A stretch of DNA of 64,000 nucleotides from a virus: IMG/VR virus record IMGVR_UViG_3300025276_004419, positions 32,001 to 96,000 of that record. One strand, given 5' to 3'. Position 1 is the first letter of the stretch, and each line of letters begins with the position of its first letter. This document shows positions 36,954 to 45,425 of the stretch, piece by piece. The notes under the pieces were generated by a model, which did no database searches, was not told where the DNA came from, and was given only the letters and a program-made list of their open reading frames with translations. A program made the position numbers and the translations under genes.

Positions 36954-37725
36954 AACCCCTCGTTGTTTATTAGAAGATAGCATACAATTTAATGACTATC
37001 AATATGCCTTGGTTCATTTACTTGAAGACGACGAGGAATATAGAGAACATTTTTTAAATTATCGTCAAGATCCTAAAAGCTATATTATTTTAGACAATTC
37101 ACTTCATGAATTAGGCCATGCCTACAATGATGCTGGATTATTAAAATGGGTTAATGAATTACTACCTAACGAATTTATTATCCCAGATGTTTGGTGTGAT
37201 AGAGATGCTTCAGTAGTTAATGCTCGTAAATGGTCTTCAATCGAACTACCTGAAGGTGTAGAAAAAGTAGCAGTAGTCCAAGCAACTACAATCCATGAAG
37301 CCGCTACTTGCTATCAAACATATAAGGATTTAGGGTATAAAAAAATAGCATTTTCGTATGGTGCGAGTTATTACAATGATGTTATTCCTCATCCTAACAA
37401 GGACATTGGAAAAGCTTTAGGACGATTATCAGTAATTTCAGCTTTATATAAAACTAAAGTAATCTCACAAAATGATAGAATTCATTTATTAGGGTGTGCT
37501 GTCCCACAAGAGTTTGGGTGGTATAAAGGATTCGATTGTATTGAATCAATTGACACATCAAACCCCGTAATGGCTGCTTTAGAGGGTATTAGATATACTA
37601 CTGCTGGTTTAGATGAAAAACCTAGAGCTAACATGAATGATTATTATTACATGCTTGAAGAAGAAATAAATTGGGACTTACTAACAGATAACTTAACTAA
37701 ATTTAGATACATAAACGACTTGTAA
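36934..37725 (+). CDS. TGT/DpdA-like TIM-barrel protein, candidate 7-deazaguanine DNA transglycosylase
   Basis: ILDNS, IIPDVW, VAVVQA, IHLLGC and IDTSNP resemble the TGT-fold motif order; upstream of queC/D/E. The assignment is an inference. Confidence 0.55.
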   Translation: MIKVSHETPRCLLEDSIQFNDYQYALVHLLEDDEEYREHFLNYRQDPKSYIILDNSLHELGHAYNDAGLLKWVNELLPNEFIIPDVWCDRDASVVNARKWSSIELPEGVEKVAVVQATTIHEAATCYQTYKDLGYKKIAFSYGASYYNDVIPHPNKDIGKALGRLSVISALYKTKVISQNDRIHLLGCAVPQEFGWYKGFDCIESIDTSNPVMAALEGIRYTTAGLDEKPRANMNDYYYMLEEEINWDLLTDNLTKFRYINDL

Positions 37726-37726
37726 A

Positions 37727-38296
37727 ATGGCAAATTACTGTAGAACAGATATTATAATTAAAGCTTCTAAAAAAGCAATTGATAACTTTGTAGAACGTTT
37801 CGATAAGTGTCATGATGGTGCTTACCCAAATCAAGAAGAAAACCCTCACATTATAGATGAATTCGGTGCTAAAGCAGAATCACTAATCGATAAAGTTGGT
37901 TCAAAGTGGGTTAAAATGTGGGATGGAGGAATTAACTATCACGATGATACAGAAGGTAGCAGTGAAGTACGCCTTGCCTTAGACTCAGCTTGGTACCCAC
38001 CTTCAGATATGATTTTGGAGATGTTTAGACAAATGGAAGAAATTGACGGTGAGCATGAAGGTGTAAGAGTGTATGGTTCATATTGGGATGAAGGATACCA
38101 ACCTATTGGAGTATTCGAAGTTTACTATGGAGAAATAATTTCAAAAGAAAACCACGATTTGGATTGGTCTGAATGGGAAGAGAAGGTAGAGGAAGAAGGT
38201 GAATCCGAATACGATAGAAACTTCTGGGATGAAGAAGTAGACCCAGCATTCGTAGTTCTTCAAGAGGAGTTAGATAAAGTAATGGAAGAAATATAA
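37727..38296 (+). CDS. YubB/Api92 ferredoxin-like domain protein
   Basis: MANYC, GSKW, DSAWYPP, YWDEG..PIG; acidic C-terminus. Confidence 0.6.
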   Translation: MANYCRTDIIIKASKKAIDNFVERFDKCHDGAYPNQEENPHIIDEFGAKAESLIDKVGSKWVKMWDGGINYHDDTEGSSEVRLALDSAWYPPSDMILEMFRQMEEIDGEHEGVRVYGSYWDEGYQPIGVFEVYYGEIISKENHDLDWSEWEEKVEEEGESEYDRNFWDEEVDPAFVVLQEELDKVMEEI

Positions 38297-38331
38297 TATG
38301 TATAACGATAATAATAATTAAAAACAGAGTC

Positions 38332-38511
38332 ATGCCAAAATTAACAAGAGTAAATTCAGATTTACGTTATTACTCAGTAGAAGTTACTGATGCACAAGTT
38401 GTTGAAGCCCAAAAAGGTGATAAACAATTCGAAGCTTTACTAAAACTAGTAGGGAGCGATATGAAATTAGTTAATTCCGAAAACGGAAGAATTGAATACA
38501 TTATCGAGTAA
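38332..38511 (+). CDS. Small hypothetical protein (59 aa, not in ORF track)
   Basis: MPKLTRVNSDLRYYSVEV...EYIIE; A-rich leader with the AATATGTATAA variant motif at 38295. Confidence 0.55.
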   Translation: MPKLTRVNSDLRYYSVEVTDAQVVEAQKGDKQFEALLKLVGSDMKLVNSENGRIEYIIE

Positions 38512-38537
38512 TAAAAACTACACATTAGATATTAAGA

Positions 38538-38558
38538 TTGGGGGCTCTAAGCCCCCAA
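38538..38558 (+). terminator. GC-rich hairpin upstream of queC
   Basis: TTGGGGGCT-cta-AGCCCCCAA perfect 9-bp stem followed by an AT-rich/T tract. Confidence 0.6.
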
Positions 38559-38627
38559 CTAATATTTTTAAATATAGCGTAAGCCTATACGCTTAAAATA
38601 CCTGGCAAAAATAAAAAGTTATATAAG

Positions 38628-39434
38628 ATGGCAAAACATTGCGTTGTTAGTCTAAGTGGAGGGATGGACTCCTCAACATTATTACTCCGTGCCTTAAAGG
38701 AGTATGATTCAGTTACAGCTATGAGTTTTGATTATGGCCAAAAACACGTAGTAGAGCTAGAAAGGGCACAATCACTAGTTGATTATCTAGCAGAAAATGG
38801 GCATAAAGTAAACTATAAACAAATTAAACTAGACGGTTTAGCAAGCCTATTAGATTCAGCGTTAGTTGAAGGTGGTGAAGAGGTTCCAGAAGGGCATTAT
38901 GCTGATGATAACATGAAAGCAACAGTTGTTCCTAACAGAAACAAAATATTTGCTTCAATAGTTCAAGCAGTTGCTTTATCTGTTGCTAATAAAACAGAAG
39001 AAACTTGTAATATCGCTTTAGGTATTCATGCTGGAGATCATAGTATTTATCCGGATTGTAGACAAGAATTTAGAGATGCTGATGATGCTGCTTTTAGAGA
39101 AGGTAATTGGGACGCAGAACGTGTAGGTTATTTTACACCTTATCTTCTTGGAGATAAATACGATATTCTTTTGGATGGCGTAGGGTTATGCAAGGACTTA
39201 GGTATCGCGTTTAACGACGTATATGCGCGTACTAACACGTCATATAAGCCGATATTTGATGAAACTACATTCGAATGGTATAGTGATTATAAATCAGCTA
39301 GTTCAGTAGAGCGTGTAGAAGCATTCCTAAAACTAGGAGTAGCAGACCCAGTTTCGTATGCTGATGAAACAGGACCTGTAACATGGGAGCATGTAGTAAA
39401 AGAAGTAACTAAAGTATTAGCAGATCATGAGTGA
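38628..39434 (+). CDS. queC: 7-cyano-7-deazaguanine synthase (Zn-ligand Cys residues absent)
   Basis: SLSGGMDSS PP-loop, FDYGQKH, VPNRN, YPDCR.EF, VER.EAF. Confidence 0.92.
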   Translation: MAKHCVVSLSGGMDSSTLLLRALKEYDSVTAMSFDYGQKHVVELERAQSLVDYLAENGHKVNYKQIKLDGLASLLDSALVEGGEEVPEGHYADDNMKATVVPNRNKIFASIVQAVALSVANKTEETCNIALGIHAGDHSIYPDCRQEFRDADDAAFREGNWDAERVGYFTPYLLGDKYDILLDGVGLCKDLGIAFNDVYARTNTSYKPIFDETTFEWYSDYKSASSVERVEAFLKLGVADPVSYADETGPVTWEHVVKEVTKVLADHE

Positions 39435-39744
39435 TAGAGAAATAATGGATTCTAAATTCATGAGTTTAAAAACAAAGAAAATGAAATATTTAAAATTCGA
39501 AGCAGATTGGTGTGGTGCATGTAAAATGTTAAAACCAGTCTTACGTAGAGTAGCAGAAGCAGGAGTCCCAATAGAAGTAATAAACGCTGAACATTCAGCT
39601 GAACTAGTAACACAATATAATGTTAAAAATCTACCAACAGTTATTTTAGTAGATAACTCAGGTAAAGAATTTTATCGTTTTACTGGAACTAAAGCTAAAA
39701 CCGAAGATTATTTAAACACTTATCAACAATTCACAAATGGGTAA
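39427..39744 (+). CDS. Thioredoxin
   Basis: WCGAC, YNVKNLPTV. Confidence 0.9.
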   Translation: MSDREIMDSKFMSLKTKKMKYLKFEADWCGACKMLKPVLRRVAEAGVPIEVINAEHSAELVTQYNVKNLPTVILVDNSGKEFYRFTGTKAKTEDYLNTYQQFTNG

Positions 39745-40207
39745 ATTTCAATCAAGTAAAGTATTTGATGGTTTTTCAACTGTATTCCGTCAACACAATG
39801 CAAAAACAACTCACTGTAGCTTTTTACATGGTTATGGAATTTCATTCAAAATTTACTTTGAAGGTGAATTAGATGACAGAAATTGGGTTTGGGATTTTGG
39901 TGGTATGAAACGAGCTAAAACCCTAATTGATGGTATGCAACCTAAAGAATGGATGGATTATATGTTCGACCATACTTTAATAGTAGCCGAAGACGATCCT
40001 GCTCTACCTTCATTTAGAAAACTAGATTATGATGGGTTAGTCCAACTTAGAGTTATCCCAGCTACGGGTGCTGAAAAGTTTGCAGAATATATTTTTGGTA
40101 AAATTGATAATTTTGTTCATAGTGAAACTGATGGTAGAGTAAAAATCTCTAAAGTTAAATTTATGGAACATGGAAAAAATGCAGCATATTATGTCTCAAG
40201 TTATTAA
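39737..40207 (+). CDS. queD: 6-carboxy-5,6,7,8-tetrahydropterin synthase
   Basis: CSFLHGY, WVWDFG, FDH, AEKFAE; T-fold size. Confidence 0.9.
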   Translation: MGKFQSSKVFDGFSTVFRQHNAKTTHCSFLHGYGISFKIYFEGELDDRNWVWDFGGMKRAKTLIDGMQPKEWMDYMFDHTLIVAEDDPALPSFRKLDYDGLVQLRVIPATGAEKFAEYIFGKIDNFVHSETDGRVKISKVKFMEHGKNAAYYVSSY

Positions 40208-41006
40208 TCCCAAATTATGGGACAAAACGGCCCCTTTAGGTCGTATTACAGATTATGATAAAATACTTCCTATTCTTGAAGTCTATAGATGTGTTCAATC
40301 TGAAGGATCTAGATTCGGTAGGCCTACAATTGCTGTTCGTACTACTGGTTGCACTCATCGTTGCTACTTTGGTGAAGGTGGTTGGTGCGATAGTTGGTAT
40401 ACTTCAGTACACCCTGAAAAAGGCACATTCACGTTTAATGATATTATTAAAATCTATGATGAGAACCCTCACGTCAAAGAAATGATGCTTACAGGTGGTT
40501 CTCCAACTATGCATCCAGCATTAGTAAACGAACTAACCCATTTTGCAAATGAAAGAGGTATCCTCATTACTATCGAGACTGAAGGAAGTCATTTCCTTGA
40601 AACCGATTACCCGATTGGTCTCCTTTCTATCTCACCTAAGTTTAGCAATAGCGTCCCTGTTGTTGGTGCCCTTACTCCCAATGGGTCAGTTACGGATGAA
40701 AAGATGGTTAAAACGCACAATCGTCTTCGCCTTAACTCTGAAGCCATTAGAAAGAGTATTAGTTATCATAATGACTATCACTATAAGCCTGTGTGGGATG
40801 GTACTGATGAAGGACTCGCTGAGATCGAAGCTTACAGACAAGAGCTCGATATCCCTAAAGACAAAACCTTTATCATGCCCGCAGGAGATACAAGAGAAAC
40901 ATTGATTAAAATGTACCCACTAGTATTTGATATGTGTGCTGAAAAAGGGTATAACATGACTGGGCGAGACCACATAATCGCTTTTGATACCCAAAGAGGC
41001 GTATAA
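40170..41006 (+). CDS. queE: 7-carboxy-7-deazaguanine synthase (radical SAM)
   Basis: VQSEG...G.PT..VRTTGCTHRC-x7-CDS, LTGGSP, IETEG, SISPK; true start may be the ATG near 40191. Confidence 0.92.
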   Translation: MEKMQHIMSQVINPKLWDKTAPLGRITDYDKILPILEVYRCVQSEGSRFGRPTIAVRTTGCTHRCYFGEGGWCDSWYTSVHPEKGTFTFNDIIKIYDENPHVKEMMLTGGSPTMHPALVNELTHFANERGILITIETEGSHFLETDYPIGLLSISPKFSNSVPVVGALTPNGSVTDEKMVKTHNRLRLNSEAIRKSISYHNDYHYKPVWDGTDEGLAEIEAYRQELDIPKDKTFIMPAGDTRETLIKMYPLVFDMCAEKGYNMTGRDHIIAFDTQRGV

Positions 41007-41170
41007 TGGCTAAAAGACAACCTAAATTAACTACAATTTGTCAGGATTGCCTTAACAGCATTCCTGACAAAACCATTCTAAAATACTCTATACCAGAATC
41101 AAATGCTGGTCCTGCGTATACTATAATGTTATGTAAAAATTGCCTTGAAAAACGTGAAAAACGTATGTAA
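41006..41170 (+). CDS. 54-aa Cys4 zinc-finger microprotein (not in ORF track)
   Basis: MAKRQPKLTTICQDC...LCKNCLEKREKRM; TAATG coupling to queE. Confidence 0.65.
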   Translation: MAKRQPKLTTICQDCLNSIPDKTILKYSIPESNAGPAYTIMLCKNCLEKREKRM

Positions 41171-41252
41171 ATTTTGTGGTAAAACCATACCACCACTCGC
41201 TCAAACTACAGTTATATGTTATGGGTGTTTAACTAAAAAAGATAAAAAATAA
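41154..41252 (+). CDS. 32-aa Cys4 zinc-finger microprotein (GTG start; not in ORF track)
   Basis: MKNVCKFCGKTIPPLAQTTVICYGCLTKKDKK; its stop overlaps the next ATG (TAATG). Confidence 0.55.
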   Translation: MKNVCKFCGKTIPPLAQTTVICYGCLTKKDKK

Positions 41253-41602
41253 TGTATACTTACTACGCCACATTAGACAGAGTAGTTGATGGTGATACCA
41301 TTGATGCTATAATTGATTTAGGATTCGATACTTTTAAAAAAGTAAGAATTAGAATGATGGGAATGGATGCTTGGGAATCCAGAACTCGAGATAAAGAAGA
41401 AAAAGTTAAAGGTTTAGCAGCTAAAGCTCGTTTGATTGAAATATTGAAAAACAATGAAGATAAATTTATCATAGTATCTCATGGGGTGGGTAAATATGGC
41501 CGTTGTTTAGGTGAAATATATCTTGAAGAAAATAGTGATAGTGTCAATAATCAACTTATTTCTGAAGGTCATGCTAAAGAATATTACGGAGGAAAACGAT
41601 GA
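41252..41602 (+). CDS. Thermonuclease (SNase-like)
   Basis: RVVDGDTID, RIRMMGMDAWE, GKYGRCLG, LISEGHA. Confidence 0.9.
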   Translation: MYTYYATLDRVVDGDTIDAIIDLGFDTFKKVRIRMMGMDAWESRTRDKEEKVKGLAAKARLIEILKNNEDKFIIVSHGVGKYGRCLGEIYLEENSDSVNNQLISEGHAKEYYGGKR

Positions 41603-42027
41603 AAAATTTAATTTGGATATTTTTATTACTAAGCTTTAATTTAAAAGCTCAGGAATGTTCTCCATTTTATAAAATCCCCTCATACGAACTTTCCCCAAAC
41701 AAATCAGCATCTATTGGTTATGTAGCCTGTATCCATGCTCGAGGAGTTGTAGCAGAAGTAGGATATAAAAATATTTTTATAGGTATATTAGCTATGGGAG
41801 AGAACCATCAAAGTGATACTTATACTTTCTTACAGTATGAATATCAATTAAAAAAAATAAGCTTTTATATAGGTCCCGCTTACAGATTAAATAATTCCTC
41901 TACACTCCTTGTAGGGAGAACAGGTATCGATATAAAGTTATATAAAAGAATATGGATAACTGCTAGTATTTTACAAGTAAATCCTAAATTAAATTACCTA
42001 CACTCAGGGTTAAAATTAGTCTTATAA
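41599..42027 (+). CDS. Exported protein, possible small beta-barrel
   Basis: Signal peptide MKNLIWIFLLLSFNLKAQ; amphipathic strands. Confidence 0.55.
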   Translation: MKNLIWIFLLLSFNLKAQECSPFYKIPSYELSPNKSASIGYVACIHARGVVAEVGYKNIFIGILAMGENHQSDTYTFLQYEYQLKKISFYIGPAYRLNNSSTLLVGRTGIDIKLYKRIWITASILQVNPKLNYLHSGLKLVL

Positions 42028-42530
42028 TGAAAGAATTAATTACAGCAGACGAAATTCAATTTCAAACAAAAATTATTGGTAAACAAATAGCAGATGGCCA
42101 TAGAGGTGATAAAACACCTGTAGTAATGGTAGGTTTGTTAAATGGATGCTTTGCGTTTTACAGCGATTTAGTTCGTTCGATGCCACTTGACGTGGAATGT
42201 GATTTTATGCGCGTTAAATCGTATGTAAATCGCAAACAAGGCGATATACAAATCACTAAAGATTTAGAGACACGTATTAAAGGCAAGCATGTTTACATTG
42301 TAGACGATATCTATGATACTGGTAATACTATGAAAGCCGTAATAGAATACTTAGAAGTAAAACACCCAGCCTCTATCTCCATTGTAGCTTTAATTACAAG
42401 GGAAACTTCCCCTACACCAAAACAAGAACTTTATAAAGCCTTTACTATAGGTGATGAATGGTTAGTCGGTTACGGAATGGATGATGAAAAAGGTTATCAA
42501 AGAAACCTTGATTCAATTTGGGCTTTGTAA
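42027..42530 (+). CDS. hpt: Hypoxanthine/guanine phosphoribosyltransferase
   Basis: LLNGCFAFYSDL, PRPP loop YIVDDIYDTGNT, WLVGYGMD. Confidence 0.9.
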   Translation: MKELITADEIQFQTKIIGKQIADGHRGDKTPVVMVGLLNGCFAFYSDLVRSMPLDVECDFMRVKSYVNRKQGDIQITKDLETRIKGKHVYIVDDIYDTGNTMKAVIEYLEVKHPASISIVALITRETSPTPKQELYKAFTIGDEWLVGYGMDDEKGYQRNLDSIWAL

Positions 42531-42546
42531 ATAGGTTTCGTATATT
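42517..42546 (+). promoter_or_regulatory. Host-type promoter TTTGG-N17-CGTATATT
   Basis: Exact bipartite motif upstream of folE. Confidence 0.7.
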
Positions 42547-42567
42547 CAATCAAATAAAGAGTTATAA

Positions 42568-43263
42568 ATGGAAAATAAGCGTAGAAAAATCCACGAACAA
42601 TTAGAAGTGGTAAAAGAAGGTTTTGCTAATGGAGTAGCACCTGGTTTCCCCCTTAATGCGGATGAAAAACAAGAAATGATTGATAGAGCAACTATTGCCT
42701 ATGGTGATTTCCTTACAGCATTAAAATGTGATTGGAGAAATGATCCCAATTCAATGGAAACTCCTCGTAGAGTAGCTAAAGCATATGTAAATGATTTATG
42801 GGCAGGACGTTATACAGCAATGTCTCCAATTACATCATTCCCCTCAGATGGTTATGATGGTATAATCATTGAAAGAAATATCCCATTAACTTCAATGTGT
42901 TCACATCACCATCAAACAATAAATGGTGTTGTTCATATTGGATATATAGCAGGTGAAGATGGTCAAGTAATAGGTTTATCTAAACTAAATAGAATAGTAG
43001 AATTATTTGGTCGTAGAGGTGCTATTCAAGAACAACTAACATCAGCTATCCATAATGCTGTAGGAAAAATTACTGAAGGGAACAGAGGAGTAATCGTTAC
43101 GATTGTTGGGACCCACAATTGTGTATCTTGTAGAGGTGTAAAGCACCAAGGAGCAGCAATGGTTACTACTAAAGCATCAGGTGTATTTAGAGAGAACAAC
43201 AATTTATCACGAAAAGAGTTTTTTGATAGTTTAAAAATTAATAACGGAGGACATAATATTTAA
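42568..43263 (+). CDS. folE: GTP cyclohydrolase I
   Basis: ETPRRVAK, SMCSHH, VIGLSKLNRIV, IQEQLT, HNCVSCRG. Confidence 0.95.
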   Translation: MENKRRKIHEQLEVVKEGFANGVAPGFPLNADEKQEMIDRATIAYGDFLTALKCDWRNDPNSMETPRRVAKAYVNDLWAGRYTAMSPITSFPSDGYDGIIIERNIPLTSMCSHHHQTINGVVHIGYIAGEDGQVIGLSKLNRIVELFGRRGAIQEQLTSAIHNAVGKITEGNRGVIVTIVGTHNCVSCRGVKHQGAAMVTTKASGVFRENNNLSRKEFFDSLKINNGGHNI

Positions 43264-43266
43264 GTT

Positions 43267-44070
43267 ATGGGTATTTATATTTTGATTGGAATATTATATA
43301 TTCTTTTATTTGGAGCTTTTTACATTGGGTTTAAAGAATTTAACTCTTTTAAAGAAGATTATTATAAAGATAAAAACTTTAGTTTTACTAAATTTCAAAA
43401 TTTAGAAGATTTTTATAATAAAACAGAATCTCAAACTCAAAATATTTCTAAATTAGTAGAGTCTTATAAAGAAGATATTTCTAAAGTTGTAATAGAATAT
43501 GAAAAACTAAAAATTTCATATGAAAGTTATATAAAAGATAACCAAAAACAAGTAGAGGCTATAAAAGAAGTTTATAAGAAAGATAATGTAATGGAGACAT
43601 ATCAACATTTATTAAAACTTATGGACGAATTCCAAACCCAACAAACTCAACTTGAATCATATTTATCTGATAAGGAGAAAATTCCAAGAATCATAGAAGA
43701 ATATGAAGATTTAAAACTTTCATATGAAGACTATATTAAAGATAACAAAAATCAATTAGAAGATATTAAAAAAGTTTACAAAGATGATAAAGTAATGGAG
43801 AATTTTCACCATATGCTAGATCTTATGGATAAATTCAAAAAAGACCAAGATTCAATGAAGTCTTATCTATCAGATAGTGTTTATAAATTAGAAAAATATC
43901 CTGAAAAGAAACATCTTGAATTAAAGCGAATCCTTAATGTTAATAATTCAAAACTTAAAGAAATAGAAAATATTTTACCTAAGATTCAAGGAGAGATTTT
44001 AAAATATCAAAATTATTTTACTAGAGAACTTTCTTCAATAAAAAATGCATATAATAATAGAATTAAATAA
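43267..44070 (+). CDS. Membrane-anchored coiled-coil protein with a 68-aa tandem duplication
   Basis: N-terminal TM; KEDISKVVIEYEKLKISYESYIKDN...YLSD followed by KEKIPRIIEEYEDLKLSYEDYIKDN...YLSD. Confidence 0.7.
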   Translation: MGIYILIGILYILLFGAFYIGFKEFNSFKEDYYKDKNFSFTKFQNLEDFYNKTESQTQNISKLVESYKEDISKVVIEYEKLKISYESYIKDNQKQVEAIKEVYKKDNVMETYQHLLKLMDEFQTQQTQLESYLSDKEKIPRIIEEYEDLKLSYEDYIKDNKNQLEDIKKVYKDDKVMENFHHMLDLMDKFKKDQDSMKSYLSDSVYKLEKYPEKKHLELKRILNVNNSKLKEIENILPKIQGEILKYQNYFTRELSSIKNAYNNRIK

Positions 44071-44079
44071 TATTTATAA
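44069..44079 (+). promoter_or_regulatory. Putative late-promoter motif AATATTTATAA
   Basis: Upstream of the VWA gene. Confidence 0.6.
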
Positions 44080-44091
44080 TAAAATAAAACC

Positions 44092-45144
44092 ATGATTATT
44101 GATATTTTTAATGAGATCCCTTGGCAATCTTTTCAAAATTTAGAGTTTATAAAAAAACTCCCTTTAAATGAACAAAAGGAAAAATATGATAAATATATTT
44201 CCGAACTTTCATTAGCTAAAGATTTTCAACTACAATACCAAGTAAAAGGTCCTAGAACTGGAGAAAATCCCCTGGCTTGTACTTCAGGGATGGATGTTAT
44301 CTTTTGTATTGATTATTCGGGTAGTATGGGTACTGCTATTAATAATATCAAAATCTCTATAGCAAGCATTGTTGCAACTATTAAAAGTGAATCACTTGGA
44401 GATTATAGATTAGGTTTAGTAATATTTGATGAATATAGATTTAATCCCCGAGGTACTGACCCAGGTACTCCTCAAGACATTAATTATGCAGAAGACCCTT
44501 TAGTCCCTGTATTTACATCAGGTACATCTGCAGGAAATTACGGTGGAGATTTAGGTGCCGGTCCAAACATTTGGAATAGCCTACCGGCAGCTCAAAAAGT
44601 AGTTACTACAAGATCAACCAATCCATCAGTACCCCTAACAGGTGTGTTCCAAGTACTAACTGCAATGGAGGTAATGTCTGATACTAATGAAACCTCATTT
44701 ACAACCCAATTAAATCTCCTTAACACTACAAATTTTCCAATAGGAGGGGGAGGCCTTGCTCAACGTCCTGAACCTGGTGATTTAGCAATTCAAGAAATTA
44801 TTGATAATAACTTTGCAGGTACTTTTAGAAACAATGTAGCTAAGGTAATTATCACTATTTCAGATAACTACCCCGGGGGGTTTACAGCAAATTACAGCGA
44901 AGTATCAGTATCCCCTAACCCAGTAATTGATAGATTAGAAGCGTTAAAAACCACATCAATTGCTCAAAATATCCAACACTTAGCTATGATTGATTTAGAC
45001 ACTGGCATTCCAGACCCAGACCCTATGCAACCTAATACTGGGTATAGAATATTAACAGATAATACAGATGGTGAATTTGTTAGTAGTTTTACTCCTACTA
45101 ATATTATTACAGCAATAGAAAATCTTTGTGACAATAATGCATAA
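44092..45144 (+). CDS. von Willebrand factor A domain protein with shared N-terminal module
   Basis: MIDAS IDYSGSM; RLGLVIFD; VIITISD; N-terminal WQSF...LPL.EQK motif shared with 34241. Confidence 0.8.
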   Translation: MIIDIFNEIPWQSFQNLEFIKKLPLNEQKEKYDKYISELSLAKDFQLQYQVKGPRTGENPLACTSGMDVIFCIDYSGSMGTAINNIKISIASIVATIKSESLGDYRLGLVIFDEYRFNPRGTDPGTPQDINYAEDPLVPVFTSGTSAGNYGGDLGAGPNIWNSLPAAQKVVTTRSTNPSVPLTGVFQVLTAMEVMSDTNETSFTTQLNLLNTTNFPIGGGGLAQRPEPGDLAIQEIIDNNFAGTFRNNVAKVIITISDNYPGGFTANYSEVSVSPNPVIDRLEALKTTSIAQNIQHLAMIDLDTGIPDPDPMQPNTGYRILTDNTDGEFVSSFTPTNIITAIENLCDNNA

Positions 45145-45169
45145 AAAATAAACAAAATTAAATCTTAAA

Positions 45170-45199
45170 CTAGGAGAGCCGAAAGGCTCTCCGTATATT
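45170..45199 (+). promoter_or_regulatory. Host-type promoter (CTAGG-N17-CGTATATT) with perfect GAAA hairpin
   Basis: GGAGAGCC-gaaa-GGCTCTCC at 45173-45192. Confidence 0.65.
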
Positions 45200-45224
45200 T
45201 ACGTTATATAAAAATGATATAGTT

Positions 45225-45425
45225 ATGAGTTATTGGACAGGAAAAGTCGTTATCAAAACAGAAGATGAACGCGGTAAAGTTAAAAAAACAACAGAACAAT
45301 TTCTAATTGATGCTGAATCAGCAACCGAAGCTGAGGTAAAGATTTATAAGGAATATGAGGGTTGGAATGGTGAGTTTGAAATTATGGGAGTTAATAAGTC
45401 TCGTATTATTAAAATCTTGGCATAA
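45225..45425 (+). CDS. DUF4494-like small protein
   Basis: KV....EDERGKVKKTTEQFLIDAES.TEAE pattern. Confidence 0.65.
   Translation: MSYWTGKVVIKTEDERGKVKKTTEQFLIDAESATEAEVKIYKEYEGWNGEFEIMGVNKSRIIKILA

Noticed and set aside
38561-38627. Canonical preQ1-I riboswitch before queC
   Set aside because: It lacks the conserved stem-loop signature; kept only as a low-confidence unknown structured leader.
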